From positions 1 through 29,978 of the forward strand of contig JAEORO010000216.1 in NCBI GenBank assembly GCA_016840855.1: a stretch of DNA of 29,978 bases, in the 5' to 3' direction. Shown here one piece after another: positions 9,327-17,947 of the stretch. Within the stretch, counting starts at the first letter, position 1. Each line of letters starts with the position of its first letter. The DNA is from Candidatus Thorarchaeota archaeon. GTDB lineage: Archaea > Asgardarchaeota > Thorarchaeia > Thorarchaeales > Thorarchaeaceae. The translations under genes and the position numbers were made by a program. The notes under the pieces are model-generated. The model saw nothing but the letters and a program-made list of their open reading frames with translations. It did no database searches and had not been told where the DNA came from.

Positions 9327-9677
9327 TTAGAACGTCAGAACGATTTCGTTCTCGATGAACGCTTTGGCAATGTCGTCTTCCTCGAAGACTTCCACATTCT
9401 CGAAGATCTCCTCCGTTGAGATATTTCGTTCTTCTAGAGACTTCTTGCTTGCACAAATACGACCATCAAAGCTCTCGAAAGTTGATTTAAACATTCGAAT
9501 ATGCATTATATCTTGGTTCTTTATGAGGCCATAAACTCCATCACCAATAAAGAGCAATTGTGATTGATGATCCATCCCAAACATTCCCACTGCAGCACGC
9601 CATCCTTCAGCAGCAATTATCTTTCCAAAAGGCTTGTTTGTCACGAGAACTAGCACTGGTTTTTCTGTAAACTCCAT
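9327..9677 (-). CDS. DsrF/TusC-like protein
   Basis: PFG...AEGWRAA, LFIGDGVY, SLEER and a C-terminal VLTF. Confidence 0.8.
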   Translation of the reverse strand: MEFTEKPVLVLVTNKPFGKIIAAEGWRAAVGMFGMDHQSQLLFIGDGVYGLIKNQDIMHIRMFKSTFESFDGRICASKKSLEERNISTEEIFENVEVFEEDDIAKAFIENEIVLTF

Positions 9678-9688
9678 TTTGATTACTC

Positions 9689-10057
9689 CTACATTGTCAA
9701 TGTTACTAATCTTTCAGCTTCCCCAACAATTTCTGCGAATTCTGTCAAGCCAGTGACCTCAACCCCTGATATGAAATCGCCACCAGCTTGATCGAAACCT
9801 CTCGCAGAGGTACAAAGTCCACATGCCTGGAATTCAACTCCCTCATCAGCAAGCTCCTGCAGCTTCTCATTCATTGGTCTGTCTGGATCTGGATCTTGGT
9901 TTAGTTTTGCATTATTGACGCCATCAACAAAAAGGAATACTTTAACACCATATCCCTTGGCAAGTGCAGCTTTACACAAGTCATAGAAAGTATGGCTATT
10001 TTGGTAAGTATATGGCGATGTGGTCAGTAAAACGCCAAGTATCTTCTTCTCCATCAT
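9689..10057 (-). CDS. DsrE/TusD-like sulfurtransferase
   Basis: TTSPY, VFLFVDGV and ACGLCTSARG, which carries the active-site Cys. Confidence 0.85.
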   Translation of the reverse strand: MMEKKILGVLLTTSPYTYQNSHTFYDLCKAALAKGYGVKVFLFVDGVNNAKLNQDPDPDRPMNEKLQELADEGVEFQACGLCTSARGFDQAGGDFISGVEVTGLTEFAEIVGEAERLVTLTM

Positions 10058-10133
10058 TCATCATCTCTATGATTGAATGGTCAGGTCGCCAAAAATAGTA
10101 TTAAAAATCTAACTCAGTGACTATAATTTAAGT

Positions 10134-10679
10134 TCAGCCAGCTTCAAGTAGCACATTTCTCCTGTTTTTCAGAAGCTGAATTATGCCAGTAAAAGGATTG
10201 ACCATTGGAACCTGCGCTTGATAGGTTTTATAATCGGCTCCAAACTTTTCCAAGTTCAGTTCCTCTTCAGATATGACTACTAAAATGATAAAGGGAATCT
10301 GAAGGAACATACAAAAGATGCAAAGCCAATGTTGAGAGGTAAAAGCTAGGGCGATGGCAAACATAGTCCAACCTACAGAAAAAGGGTGGCGGATTATCCC
10401 ATAAATTCCTGTCTGGATAAGATCTGCAGTAAATGCCCAACTCTTTCTCTCCTCAGATGTGTCATACTTCATTAGAGCTGTTACTGATACTGTAATGATA
10501 AGAAAACTCGGTATAAATAACAACCAAGCAACCCATCTCACAGATTCAATGCCAGCAAAATTGTAACTATACGCGAATACGTAAAGCTGCAAAATGAAGA
10601 AAATGCCTCCTGCAAAATTTGCTATCTGATTCTTAAAACTGAGGGCACTTCTTGTATCTTCTGTCATTAAGAAAGTCAA
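10134..10679 (-). CDS. ICMT/PEMT-like membrane methyltransferase-family protein
   Basis: TM segments, TGIYGIIRHP and EEELNLEKFGADYKTYQAQVP. Confidence 0.8.
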   Translation of the reverse strand: MTFLMTEDTRSALSFKNQIANFAGGIFFILQLYVFAYSYNFAGIESVRWVAWLLFIPSFLIITVSVTALMKYDTSEERKSWAFTADLIQTGIYGIIRHPFSVGWTMFAIALAFTSQHWLCIFCMFLQIPFIILVVISEEELNLEKFGADYKTYQAQVPMVNPFTGIIQLLKNRRNVLLEAG

Positions 10680-10810
10680 GAAGAGGAGTTAGTATATCTG
10701 CATTATCATTTTTCATATCTGATAAATGAGTGCGACAAGTTATTTTGGCAACCTTGAATACCTTAATGTACTGGAATTATTTTCATTCTCAAGTTATTGG
10801 AGGTAAATGA

Positions 10811-11884
10811 ATGGTCGAAGATCCAATAATCGTCTACATGGATAAGGAAGGAAAGCAACGTGAACTCGAAATAGATGATGAAGAAACCATTTTGGATCTA
10901 TCGAAAAAAGGAGTCACAGCTATTGACCTTCAAACTGTTCTTGCAATCCCTGTATTAAAAGAGCTTGAACTAGGTGGTAATTCACTTGAAGAGATTGAAC
11001 TTTCACCATTATCTAAATGTCAGGATTTACAGAAGCTGAGTCTTTTCAAAAATCAATTCAAATCAATAAATCTAAACCCACTGAAGGATTGTAGTGTTCT
11101 TGAAGAACTCAATCTTGGTTCGAATCAACTTGAAACAGTAGATTTGTCTTCCCTAGGATCCTCCAAGTTTCTTAAGAGGTTAAGGTTATTCAATAATGGA
11201 TTGATTAAGATTGACATCAAACCTCTATCTGGTTGTGAAAGTCTTGAAACCCTTGAAATTGAGAATAATGAAATAAAATCTATAGATCTCACGCCACTAT
11301 CAAATTGCAGTAATTTTCAACAATTGAACCTCATGTATAACAAACTCAAGATGATTGATTTGGCTCCATTATCGAGTTGCACCATGCTGAGGTTCGTGTA
11401 TCTTCATCATAATCAATTGGAAAATATTGATCTCACCCCGTTTGGAAATTGCAGTGATCTACGTATTCTCCGGCTAGGTGGAAATTCAATCAAAGAGATT
11501 AATCTAATCCCTCTTTCATCATGCGTTGAGCTTCGACGTTTAGGACTTGCTATGAACAGGATTACATCATTAGATTTGAGTCCTCTAGCAGGAGCTGAAC
11601 ATCTTTCTAGTTTAGATATTGCAGGAAATCAACTAACAAAACTTGACCTTAATCCACTTGGTAACTGTGAAGAGCTTACTGAGCTTTATCTCTATAGTGA
11701 TCACCCAGAAGAGAATGAATTTACTAAATTGGATATCTCACCATTGTTCAACTGTGCAGATCTTGAGGATTTTGGTGTGAGTGACGATACAAAATTGGTA
11801 GCTGACAAGAATCTCAAGGACGAAGACGATATTCCAATAGCAATAGATGAATTATTAGACGAAAAAAGGATAGATTGGATCTAA
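10811..11884 (+). CDS. leucine-rich repeat protein (about 12 repeats of 24 aa), no signal peptide
   Basis: Consensus LxxLxLxxNxLxxIDLxPLxxCxx; GGAGGT RBS upstream. Confidence 0.92.
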   Translation: MVEDPIIVYMDKEGKQRELEIDDEETILDLSKKGVTAIDLQTVLAIPVLKELELGGNSLEEIELSPLSKCQDLQKLSLFKNQFKSINLNPLKDCSVLEELNLGSNQLETVDLSSLGSSKFLKRLRLFNNGLIKIDIKPLSGCESLETLEIENNEIKSIDLTPLSNCSNFQQLNLMYNKLKMIDLAPLSSCTMLRFVYLHHNQLENIDLTPFGNCSDLRILRLGGNSIKEINLIPLSSCVELRRLGLAMNRITSLDLSPLAGAEHLSSLDIAGNQLTKLDLNPLGNCEELTELYLYSDHPEENEFTKLDISPLFNCADLEDFGVSDDTKLVADKNLKDEDDIPIAIDELLDEKRIDWI

Positions 11885-11965
11885 ATCCCCATTTCGCGCG
11901 TATGCATATTAGATTTAAATAAAGGAAAATCTCAGAGAAATTAACTGACACGAAGAGGACTTGCG

Positions 11966-12202
11966 ATGTCAATGAGGGAGCAAGAACTTGCAAGAATTGC
12001 GAGATTGTACGCGAGGTACTTGAATGGCCCATTAGGTCATGGAGTAATGGACCATCTCAAAGAAGGTGAGAGTTTTACAATCAGGTCTCAGGATGAAACG
12101 TTAGAGATAATCAAAGTCGATGGAAAAGCTGTTGTCAAAGTTGTTGAAGATCCTACAACAAAGGCTACAAATGATGTTGGGGGTCTATCAAACCTTCACT
12201 GA
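11966..12202 (+). CDS. small hypothetical protein
   Basis: 78-aa ORF filling the intergenic gap, with GAGG upstream and a helix-then-strands pattern. Confidence 0.6.
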   Translation: MSMREQELARIARLYARYLNGPLGHGVMDHLKEGESFTIRSQDETLEIIKVDGKAVVKVVEDPTTKATNDVGGLSNLH

Positions 12203-12261
12203 TTCTAAAGCAAAGCGGATATAACTAAAAACTACCGACGCAAAACTAGGTTGTGCTTCAT

Positions 12262-12909
12262 ATGGTAGTTGAAATGGATGATGCTACAAGAGAGCAGGTT
12301 CGAGAAATGTTCTCAGACATAGATAATGATGTTATAATTCATCTCTTCATTGAGGAGAAGAGTTGCCTTTATTGTAATGATGTGAAGGATTTGGTAGAAC
12401 AGGTTGCAGAGTTATCTGAAAAGATCAAGATTGTTGAACATAAGGGAGCTCTAGACGGTCCTATAGCAAAAGAGATGGGTGTAAAGTTTCATCCTGCTTT
12501 GGTACTTCATGGGAAAGACAAGTATAACATCAAGTTTTATGGCATTCCTGCAGGCCACGAGTTTGGTGCCTTAATTGGATCTATTATTGATGTATCTAAA
12601 GGAACAGCACCGTTACCGCCCGACATCATTGAGGACATCATTTCAATTGACAAGCCAATAAACATCAAGGTGTTTGTGACCCCTCAGTGTCCATATTGTC
12701 CAAATATGACAAGGTTAGCTCATCAAGCAGCTATTTTGAATCCACTCATTACCTCAGAGATGTATGAATCCCTTGAGTTTCAGCAATTGACAGAGAAGTA
12801 TGAAGTATTTGGTGTTCCCAAGACCATTATCAATGAAACTACTACTATTGATGGTCTATCACCTGTTGAAATGTTTGTTGAGAAACTTTTCGAAGCCATT
12901 GATACATGA
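12262..12909 (+). CDS. protein disulfide oxidoreductase (PDO, two thioredoxin folds)
   Basis: CLYC and CPYC motifs, plus FYGIPAGHEF and VFGVPKT. Start is ATG 12262 or GTG 12253. Confidence 0.9.
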   Translation: MVVEMDDATREQVREMFSDIDNDVIIHLFIEEKSCLYCNDVKDLVEQVAELSEKIKIVEHKGALDGPIAKEMGVKFHPALVLHGKDKYNIKFYGIPAGHEFGALIGSIIDVSKGTAPLPPDIIEDIISIDKPINIKVFVTPQCPYCPNMTRLAHQAAILNPLITSEMYESLEFQQLTEKYEVFGVPKTIINETTTIDGLSPVEMFVEKLFEAIDT

Positions 12910-12951
12910 CACTTCCAAAAATGATTATAGAGAGAATGGGTTTCAGGAGTT

Positions 12952-13236
12952 ATGGAAACCCAATCTTTTGTCATAATGCTGAGACCTACAAACGACTATG
13001 GTGTTCAAGGTACAAACGAAAAAGTGTCTGAGCACTTCAAATACCTCCAGAGTCTTTTGAAAGATGGAACCTTAACTATGGCAGGTAGGTTTTCAGAGGT
13101 ACTTATTGGACTTGTAATGATTGAAGCAAAATCGAGAGATAACGCTCTCGAAATCATGCGAAATGATCCTGCAGTTAAATCAGGAATATTTCATGCAGAA
13201 CTTTATCCCTGGCGTATTGCTTTGAAAGCGGAATAG
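12952..13236 (+). CDS. YciI family protein
   Basis: EHFKYL...MAGR...NDPAVKSG...ELYPW; GGAG RBS upstream. Confidence 0.82.
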   Translation: METQSFVIMLRPTNDYGVQGTNEKVSEHFKYLQSLLKDGTLTMAGRFSEVLIGLVMIEAKSRDNALEIMRNDPAVKSGIFHAELYPWRIALKAE

Positions 13237-13242
13237 GATAAT

Positions 13243-14178
13243 TTAGTCATCTTGGCATGTGAAGGTGAACTCAGTTTCATTAACATATTTGTAGGCTTGA
13301 TATGCAGCATGAACACCTTCGGCAACGCCTGTGATAGCTTGTTTGAACTCACTATCCACAACATCCCCCGCGGCATATATACCTTCAATATTAGTGCGAC
13401 TTGAACGATCAATCTTAATCTCACCTTTTTCGTTCAACTCAACACCAAGCTTCTTTGCCAATTCAGAATATGGGATTCCACCAATTGCAATAAAGATTCC
13501 ATCAAGTGTCAAGATATCTTTATCATTGTAAGGTTTGTCCAGTTTGACTCCCATAACTCTCTGGTCACCAAGTATCTCAGTGACATTTGTTTCAGTTATG
13601 ACCTCTATCTTTGGTTCTCTTTCTACACGACGAGCATTCACAGGTTCAGGTCGAATTTTTTGTCTTCGATAGATTATGTACACTTTAGGACAATATTTTG
13701 CCAAGAGCAATGCTTCCTTGACCGCGCTATCACTTCCGCCTACAACCCCCACTACTTTATCTTTATACAGCGGAGCATCACATAGGGCACAATAGCTAAC
13801 ACCTTTATTCTTCAGTTCGTCATGACCTGGGACCTCAAGCTCGCGTTCCTTCATACCTGTCGCGAAGAGTACTGACTTTGCCAAGAATGTCTTGTTTTCT
13901 GTGATCACATAGAAGATATTCTCTTTTGTTCTAAAGATGTCAGTCACAGTTCCGGTTTCAAGTAATACAGGGTAATCTAAAGCATGTTCCTTCAACTTAT
14001 CTGCAAGTTCCTGACCAGTCATCTGTATATACCCAGGATAATTTGCTACGTCATCAGTAAGGGTTATGGTCCCACCTTCTACGCTTCCAATTACCACTAC
14101 GCTTAGGTCTAAGCGTGCAGCATACATTGCAGCACCGTATCCTGTTACTCCAGAACCAATCACAACTAGATCGTACAC
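13243..14178 (-). CDS. trxB: thioredoxin reductase
   Basis: GSGVTG FAD-binding motif, GVSYCALCD redox centre, GGSDSA, IYRR and GIYAAGD. Confidence 0.92.
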   Translation of the reverse strand: MYDLVVIGSGVTGYGAAMYAARLDLSVVVIGSVEGGTITLTDDVANYPGYIQMTGQELADKLKEHALDYPVLLETGTVTDIFRTKENIFYVITENKTFLAKSVLFATGMKERELEVPGHDELKNKGVSYCALCDAPLYKDKVVGVVGGSDSAVKEALLLAKYCPKVYIIYRRQKIRPEPVNARRVEREPKIEVITETNVTEILGDQRVMGVKLDKPYNDKDILTLDGIFIAIGGIPYSELAKKLGVELNEKGEIKIDRSSRTNIEGIYAAGDVVDSEFKQAITGVAEGVHAAYQAYKYVNETEFTFTCQDD

Positions 14179-14182
14179 CCTA

Positions 14183-14425
14183 TCACACTCCTATCATTCG
14201 TTTAATTCTTCTTTCAGTTCTACGATCAAATCCGATGAAGATTTCTCCATCCATCTTAGTCACTGGCACAGCCATTTGGCCGCTTAATTCCTTGAGTTCT
14301 TGGATTGCATCAGGATTTTTGAGAATACATTTCTCAATGATCTCAACATTGTTACTAGTGAGAAACTCCTTCACCATTTTTGAGTGTGGACAATCTGGTG
14401 CAGTATATACAACAGCTTTGGTCAT
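14183..14425 (-). CDS. glutaredoxin/NrdH-like protein with CxxS
   Basis: VYTAPDCPHS, SGQMAVPV and IGFD. Likely start ATG 14425; the gene ends 4 nt before trxB. Confidence 0.85.
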   Translation of the reverse strand: MTKAVVYTAPDCPHSKMVKEFLTSNNVEIIEKCILKNPDAIQELKELSGQMAVPVTKMDGEIFIGFDRRTERRIKRMIGV

Positions 14426-14580
14426 CAATGAACACTTCCAATACCCAAATTCGAGCGTCAAATTGATTTATGCGTACACTGATATAAATTATGAATAGTA
14501 CACACGAGTATTTCGACTCTTTGATAACAATCTTAAGCAAAAATTGAGTTGAAAGCTCTTAGAATTGGAGTGAGCTATAT

Positions 14581-15057
14581 ATGAACAAGGAAGAAACTCT
14601 CGCTTTCATCGATAAGCAAATCGAACTTGAAAAGAAGATTGTAGAGATTGTTTCTGAGAATGTTGCACAACTTGGGAACGCTTTTGTCAAGGACCTTCTT
14701 CTCGCAGTTTCAACAGATTCCAAGAAACATGCTGAGCTGCTCAAGTCCCTTCGAAAGGCTGTTGAAGGACCAACACCTTTCATCAGCGAGAAAGAAAGAG
14801 ATAAGATTGCCAGAGGAATTGAGGCGCACATTAAGATGGAAGAACAAGCTGTAGTGACTTATGGAGAACTTGTAGAGAAAAGTAATAGCGAGCAGGTAAA
14901 AACCATCGCAAGCATGATTCGAGAGGATGAGTTTCGCCATCATGCGCTTCTGAAGGAACTACACAAAGCAGTTATTGAACCTGAAACTCTCACTGAGGAT
15001 GATATCTGGGATGTAATGTGGAAGGACACACCTTGGAAAGGTAGCCCTGGTGGTTAG
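14581..15057 (+). CDS. ferritin-like four-helix protein
   Basis: Two helix-pair repeats (QIELE...DSKKH and HIKME...DEFRHH) and a C-terminal WKDTPWKGSPGG tail. Confidence 0.75.
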   Translation: MNKEETLAFIDKQIELEKKIVEIVSENVAQLGNAFVKDLLLAVSTDSKKHAELLKSLRKAVEGPTPFISEKERDKIARGIEAHIKMEEQAVVTYGELVEKSNSEQVKTIASMIREDEFRHHALLKELHKAVIEPETLTEDDIWDVMWKDTPWKGSPGG

Positions 15058-15061
15058 TATA

Positions 15062-15613
15062 TTATTGGTCAGAAGCATACCTGTCTACTATTGATATGAA
15101 ACCTTCATCTAGTTGGTCAAACCCAATACCAGTTCTGGCAGATATCATTTGACCAACCATATTGTATTTCTCTATGAGATAGCGCATCTCATTGCTGACA
15201 AAATCAAACCGTGCTTCGTCCAAAAGGTCAACCTTGTTTGCCACAAGCATGAATCTTGATCCATCACCGTTGTTTAATCTGAGATTACTGTTCTCCTCTA
15301 TAGCTGGAATCCAATATCCTTCCAGATTATCCAATGTTTGCATTCTTGTGACATCAAAGAACAAAAGACCAACAGATGCCCCTCTAATCATTGCCTTCAT
15401 TTGTTCGATGAACCGAAGCTGTCCTCCAAAGTCCCAGATGCTTAGAACTACATCTTTCCCACTCGGAGTAGTCACATGTTTAGTATCAAAGCTAGCGCCA
15501 ATAGTTGTTCTAAGAAAATTGGGATCCGGAAAATTACCTGTTGTATACCTTTGAGTGAACGAGGTCTTACCACATTCTGTATCCCCAAGGACGACAGCTT
15601 TCAAGATCTTCAT
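15062..15613 (-). CDS. Ras-superfamily (Rab-like) small GTPase
   Basis: G1 GDTECGKTS, G2 TTIG, G3 WDFGGQ, G4 NKVD, G5 SAR. No C-terminal Cys. Confidence 0.93.
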   Translation of the reverse strand: MKILKAVVLGDTECGKTSFTQRYTTGNFPDPNFLRTTIGASFDTKHVTTPSGKDVVLSIWDFGGQLRFIEQMKAMIRGASVGLLFFDVTRMQTLDNLEGYWIPAIEENSNLRLNNGDGSRFMLVANKVDLLDEARFDFVSNEMRYLIEKYNMVGQMISARTGIGFDQLDEGFISIVDRYASDQ

Positions 15614-15622
15614 TTATTTCAC

Positions 15623-17062
15623 CTAATGTTCCAACACTATTGAACCATCCTCTTCTACACCATGGTCACTAAGTTCATCTAATTCTTTAACAGTGCGAGA
15701 TAAACGTGCTACTACAGGAGGACTGCTGAAAACTGCGATTCCACCTGCTAGTAACAAAATAGCAATAGAAATAATTGGAATTGCAGGAGGTTCTGGTGGA
15801 ATAATATCAGAATACATTGAAACGATTGCTATCATCAGAGCAGAAATAATAAACATCATCAATCGCCTCGCTGCAACAACTCCACCTGCTCTTGCTATTC
15901 GAACAGATAGTCGAATAAACATGAGTGTACCTATAGCAATGATAAGTCCAATTGCCATCCAGACATAATCATTGTAGACAGTAGTTGGCTGAGTCAATGG
16001 AAAAGTCATATATGCCACAGATGTTCCGAAGATAATCATTGTTTCACGAGTGAATGTCAGTACCCAATCACCATAGAATGAGGATGCAGCTGCCAGCATA
16101 AACGCGATAATTGCACAAGAAACAAGGACAGCATCAACCCAAACAAGATATCGATTCCATGCCATTCTTTGATTAATGTATAAGGACCATGATAGAGAAT
16201 GTGTAGAAACTACTAATGCTATGAAGGTGACAACTGCTCCCAAGTAAAGGGGCATTCTAGCACCGGTTTGTTCTGCTTGGGCGAGGAAGTACTCCAATGG
16301 AGCAATCAAACATAATGCTGCGAATAATTCAACAATAACAAAGTAAAAAGTTGGCCAAGCTCCAGCTCGCAATGAAGCTATAAGTAAAGGCATTTCGATT
16401 GTTATGGTGAAGAACAGTATGAAGGTGGCCATTGTAGTTCTCCAAGGTCTGCGAATGGAACTAAAAACTGTAGCAGCTACGATAAGGGGAATAACTTGCA
16501 GAATATAGTACTGTGGATGGGCAAATGTCCAGTCTGTAGCTGCGATGATCCAAGTCGCCATATATAAAATAAGAACCACAAGCAAAGATGCTGAGAAGGT
16601 CGAAGGGTTCTCGCGCAAGAGCACCACTGCTAGGTAAACAGACACTATTAGCAAAATGGATAATCCAATCAACATGAAATAAAACAGGAATCCAAAGTAT
16701 CCTTCCAAAAAATTACTAGCAAAAACAGCTGCGATAATGAGGGTTGTGATGACTGTACCCTGTTTTGCGCGATGTGTCGGAAAGAGAATCCATAATTCGG
16801 CGACCACAATGGCTCCGAGAAAGAAGGCTCCGGTACCTGTAATCATGAACATTAGTGGTTCATTCATGATTAGGAAGATTTCAAGAGCCATTGCAATCCC
16901 AGTCAACGAATAGGCAAACAATGCACGTTTCGTTTCCAAACCAATATCAGAGTAAATTTCTCGAATTCGTCTAGCAAAGACAAGTAGAGATAATAATAGA
17001 ATCAGAATAATTACTGTTCCCGAATCAACGAGTGCCTTATCAAAATCTATTGGTATTTGCAT
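15623..17062 (-). CDS. polytopic membrane protein, about 15 TM segments
   Basis: 479 aa of alternating hydrophobic stretches and short loops, with an acidic C-terminal tail. Confidence 0.8.
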   Translation of the reverse strand: MQIPIDFDKALVDSGTVIILILLLSLLVFARRIREIYSDIGLETKRALFAYSLTGIAMALEIFLIMNEPLMFMITGTGAFFLGAIVVAELWILFPTHRAKQGTVITTLIIAAVFASNFLEGYFGFLFYFMLIGLSILLIVSVYLAVVLLRENPSTFSASLLVVLILYMATWIIAATDWTFAHPQYYILQVIPLIVAATVFSSIRRPWRTTMATFILFFTITIEMPLLIASLRAGAWPTFYFVIVELFAALCLIAPLEYFLAQAEQTGARMPLYLGAVVTFIALVVSTHSLSWSLYINQRMAWNRYLVWVDAVLVSCAIIAFMLAAASSFYGDWVLTFTRETMIIFGTSVAYMTFPLTQPTTVYNDYVWMAIGLIIAIGTLMFIRLSVRIARAGGVVAARRLMMFIISALMIAIVSMYSDIIPPEPPAIPIISIAILLLAGGIAVFSSPPVVARLSRTVKELDELSDHGVEEDGSIVLEH

Positions 17063-17066
17063 TGCA

Positions 17067-17444
17067 TTAACCCCATAAACTACTTATCTCTCGCCCTCTT
17101 CTTCGAAGCGCTTTGGTAACAATTTGTGTTAGCCAGTCTTCCGAAGCATTTTCATTTTCCATTATCAGTGAAAGGACAGGATTGGCTTCTTTCTCGCTAT
17201 CAGCTTCACAGATGAACAGATGTTTTGCACGTTGAACATAACCCACAACACCCTTGCCAGATTTCATATAACTGGGAGTATTTGATTCGACAGGAGTTGG
17301 TCCATCTCTCTTAAGGGCTGTTGAAACAAGCTGGACAATTCCTGTTAGAAGAGCTACTCTCTCTGAACTCTGTTCTTCAGGGGGATACAATACCTTTGAT
17401 TCCATATTGTCTAACATAACTCTGGCAACCATACGAACAACCAT
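17067..17444 (-). CDS. hypothetical protein, longin-like fold suspected
   Basis: 125 aa with an apparent strand-strand-helix-strand-strand-strand-helix-helix pattern. The ATG overlaps the upstream stop (TAATG). Confidence 0.6.
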   Translation of the reverse strand: MVVRMVARVMLDNMESKVLYPPEEQSSERVALLTGIVQLVSTALKRDGPTPVESNTPSYMKSGKGVVGYVQRAKHLFICEADSEKEANPVLSLIMENENASEDWLTQIVTKALRRRGREISSLWG

Positions 17445-17743
17445 TAGGATTTACCTCCGAAAGCCTTTGTTAACCAGTCAATTTCCTTGGAGTCTTTCTT
17501 TTTCGACTCGGTTTTATCACTAGCAGATCGATGCGGTACTACAATGTCACGGATGCCCAAACCTTCTCCATTGCGGAGATTGTAGAGAGTCACCAAAAGC
17601 TCATGGTCCTTCTCACATCTGACAATAAGTGTTGGAGAGCGACCTTCATTTTGAATCCGTTCTTTCACTGTATCTGCCTCAGTGTCACTCATTTGGACTG
17701 AAGCATTACCTTTGCATTCTGGACATTTAAAACGGATTTCCAT
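17444..17743 (-). CDS. small zinc-finger-like protein
   Basis: FKCPECKG...VRCEKDH (C2-CH ligand set); AGAGGT RBS upstream. Confidence 0.65.
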   Translation of the reverse strand: MEIRFKCPECKGNASVQMSDTEADTVKERIQNEGRSPTLIVRCEKDHELLVTLYNLRNGEGLGIRDIVVPHRSASDKTESKKKDSKEIDWLTKAFGGKS

Positions 17744-17947
17744 TGCAGCATGCTACCTCTATCGTTGGCCCCGTTTTTTTCTGGAAATGAATTACTTAAG
17801 GTTAATTCGTCGAGAGCCCAGAAAAATAGCTAAAATTCTTGATTGATAAAAGGTGAGTATTACTATGCGACTGCCCTAAGCCAATGCTTATGTTGAATTG
17901 GAACTGATGATTCTAGTACCATTTAAAATCGGAGCGCGAAATTGCTT

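Noticed and set aside
9014-10057. dsrEFH as evidence of dissimilatory sulfur oxidation
   Set aside because: No dsrAB or dsrC is present in the window, and DsrE/F/H-like proteins occur in many archaea without that pathway.
15062-15613. Prenylation link between the GTPase and the two ICMT-like genes
   Set aside because: The GTPase ends YASDQ with no CAAX or CC motif, the genes are not adjacent, and ICMT/PEMT-like proteins are widespread in prokaryotes.
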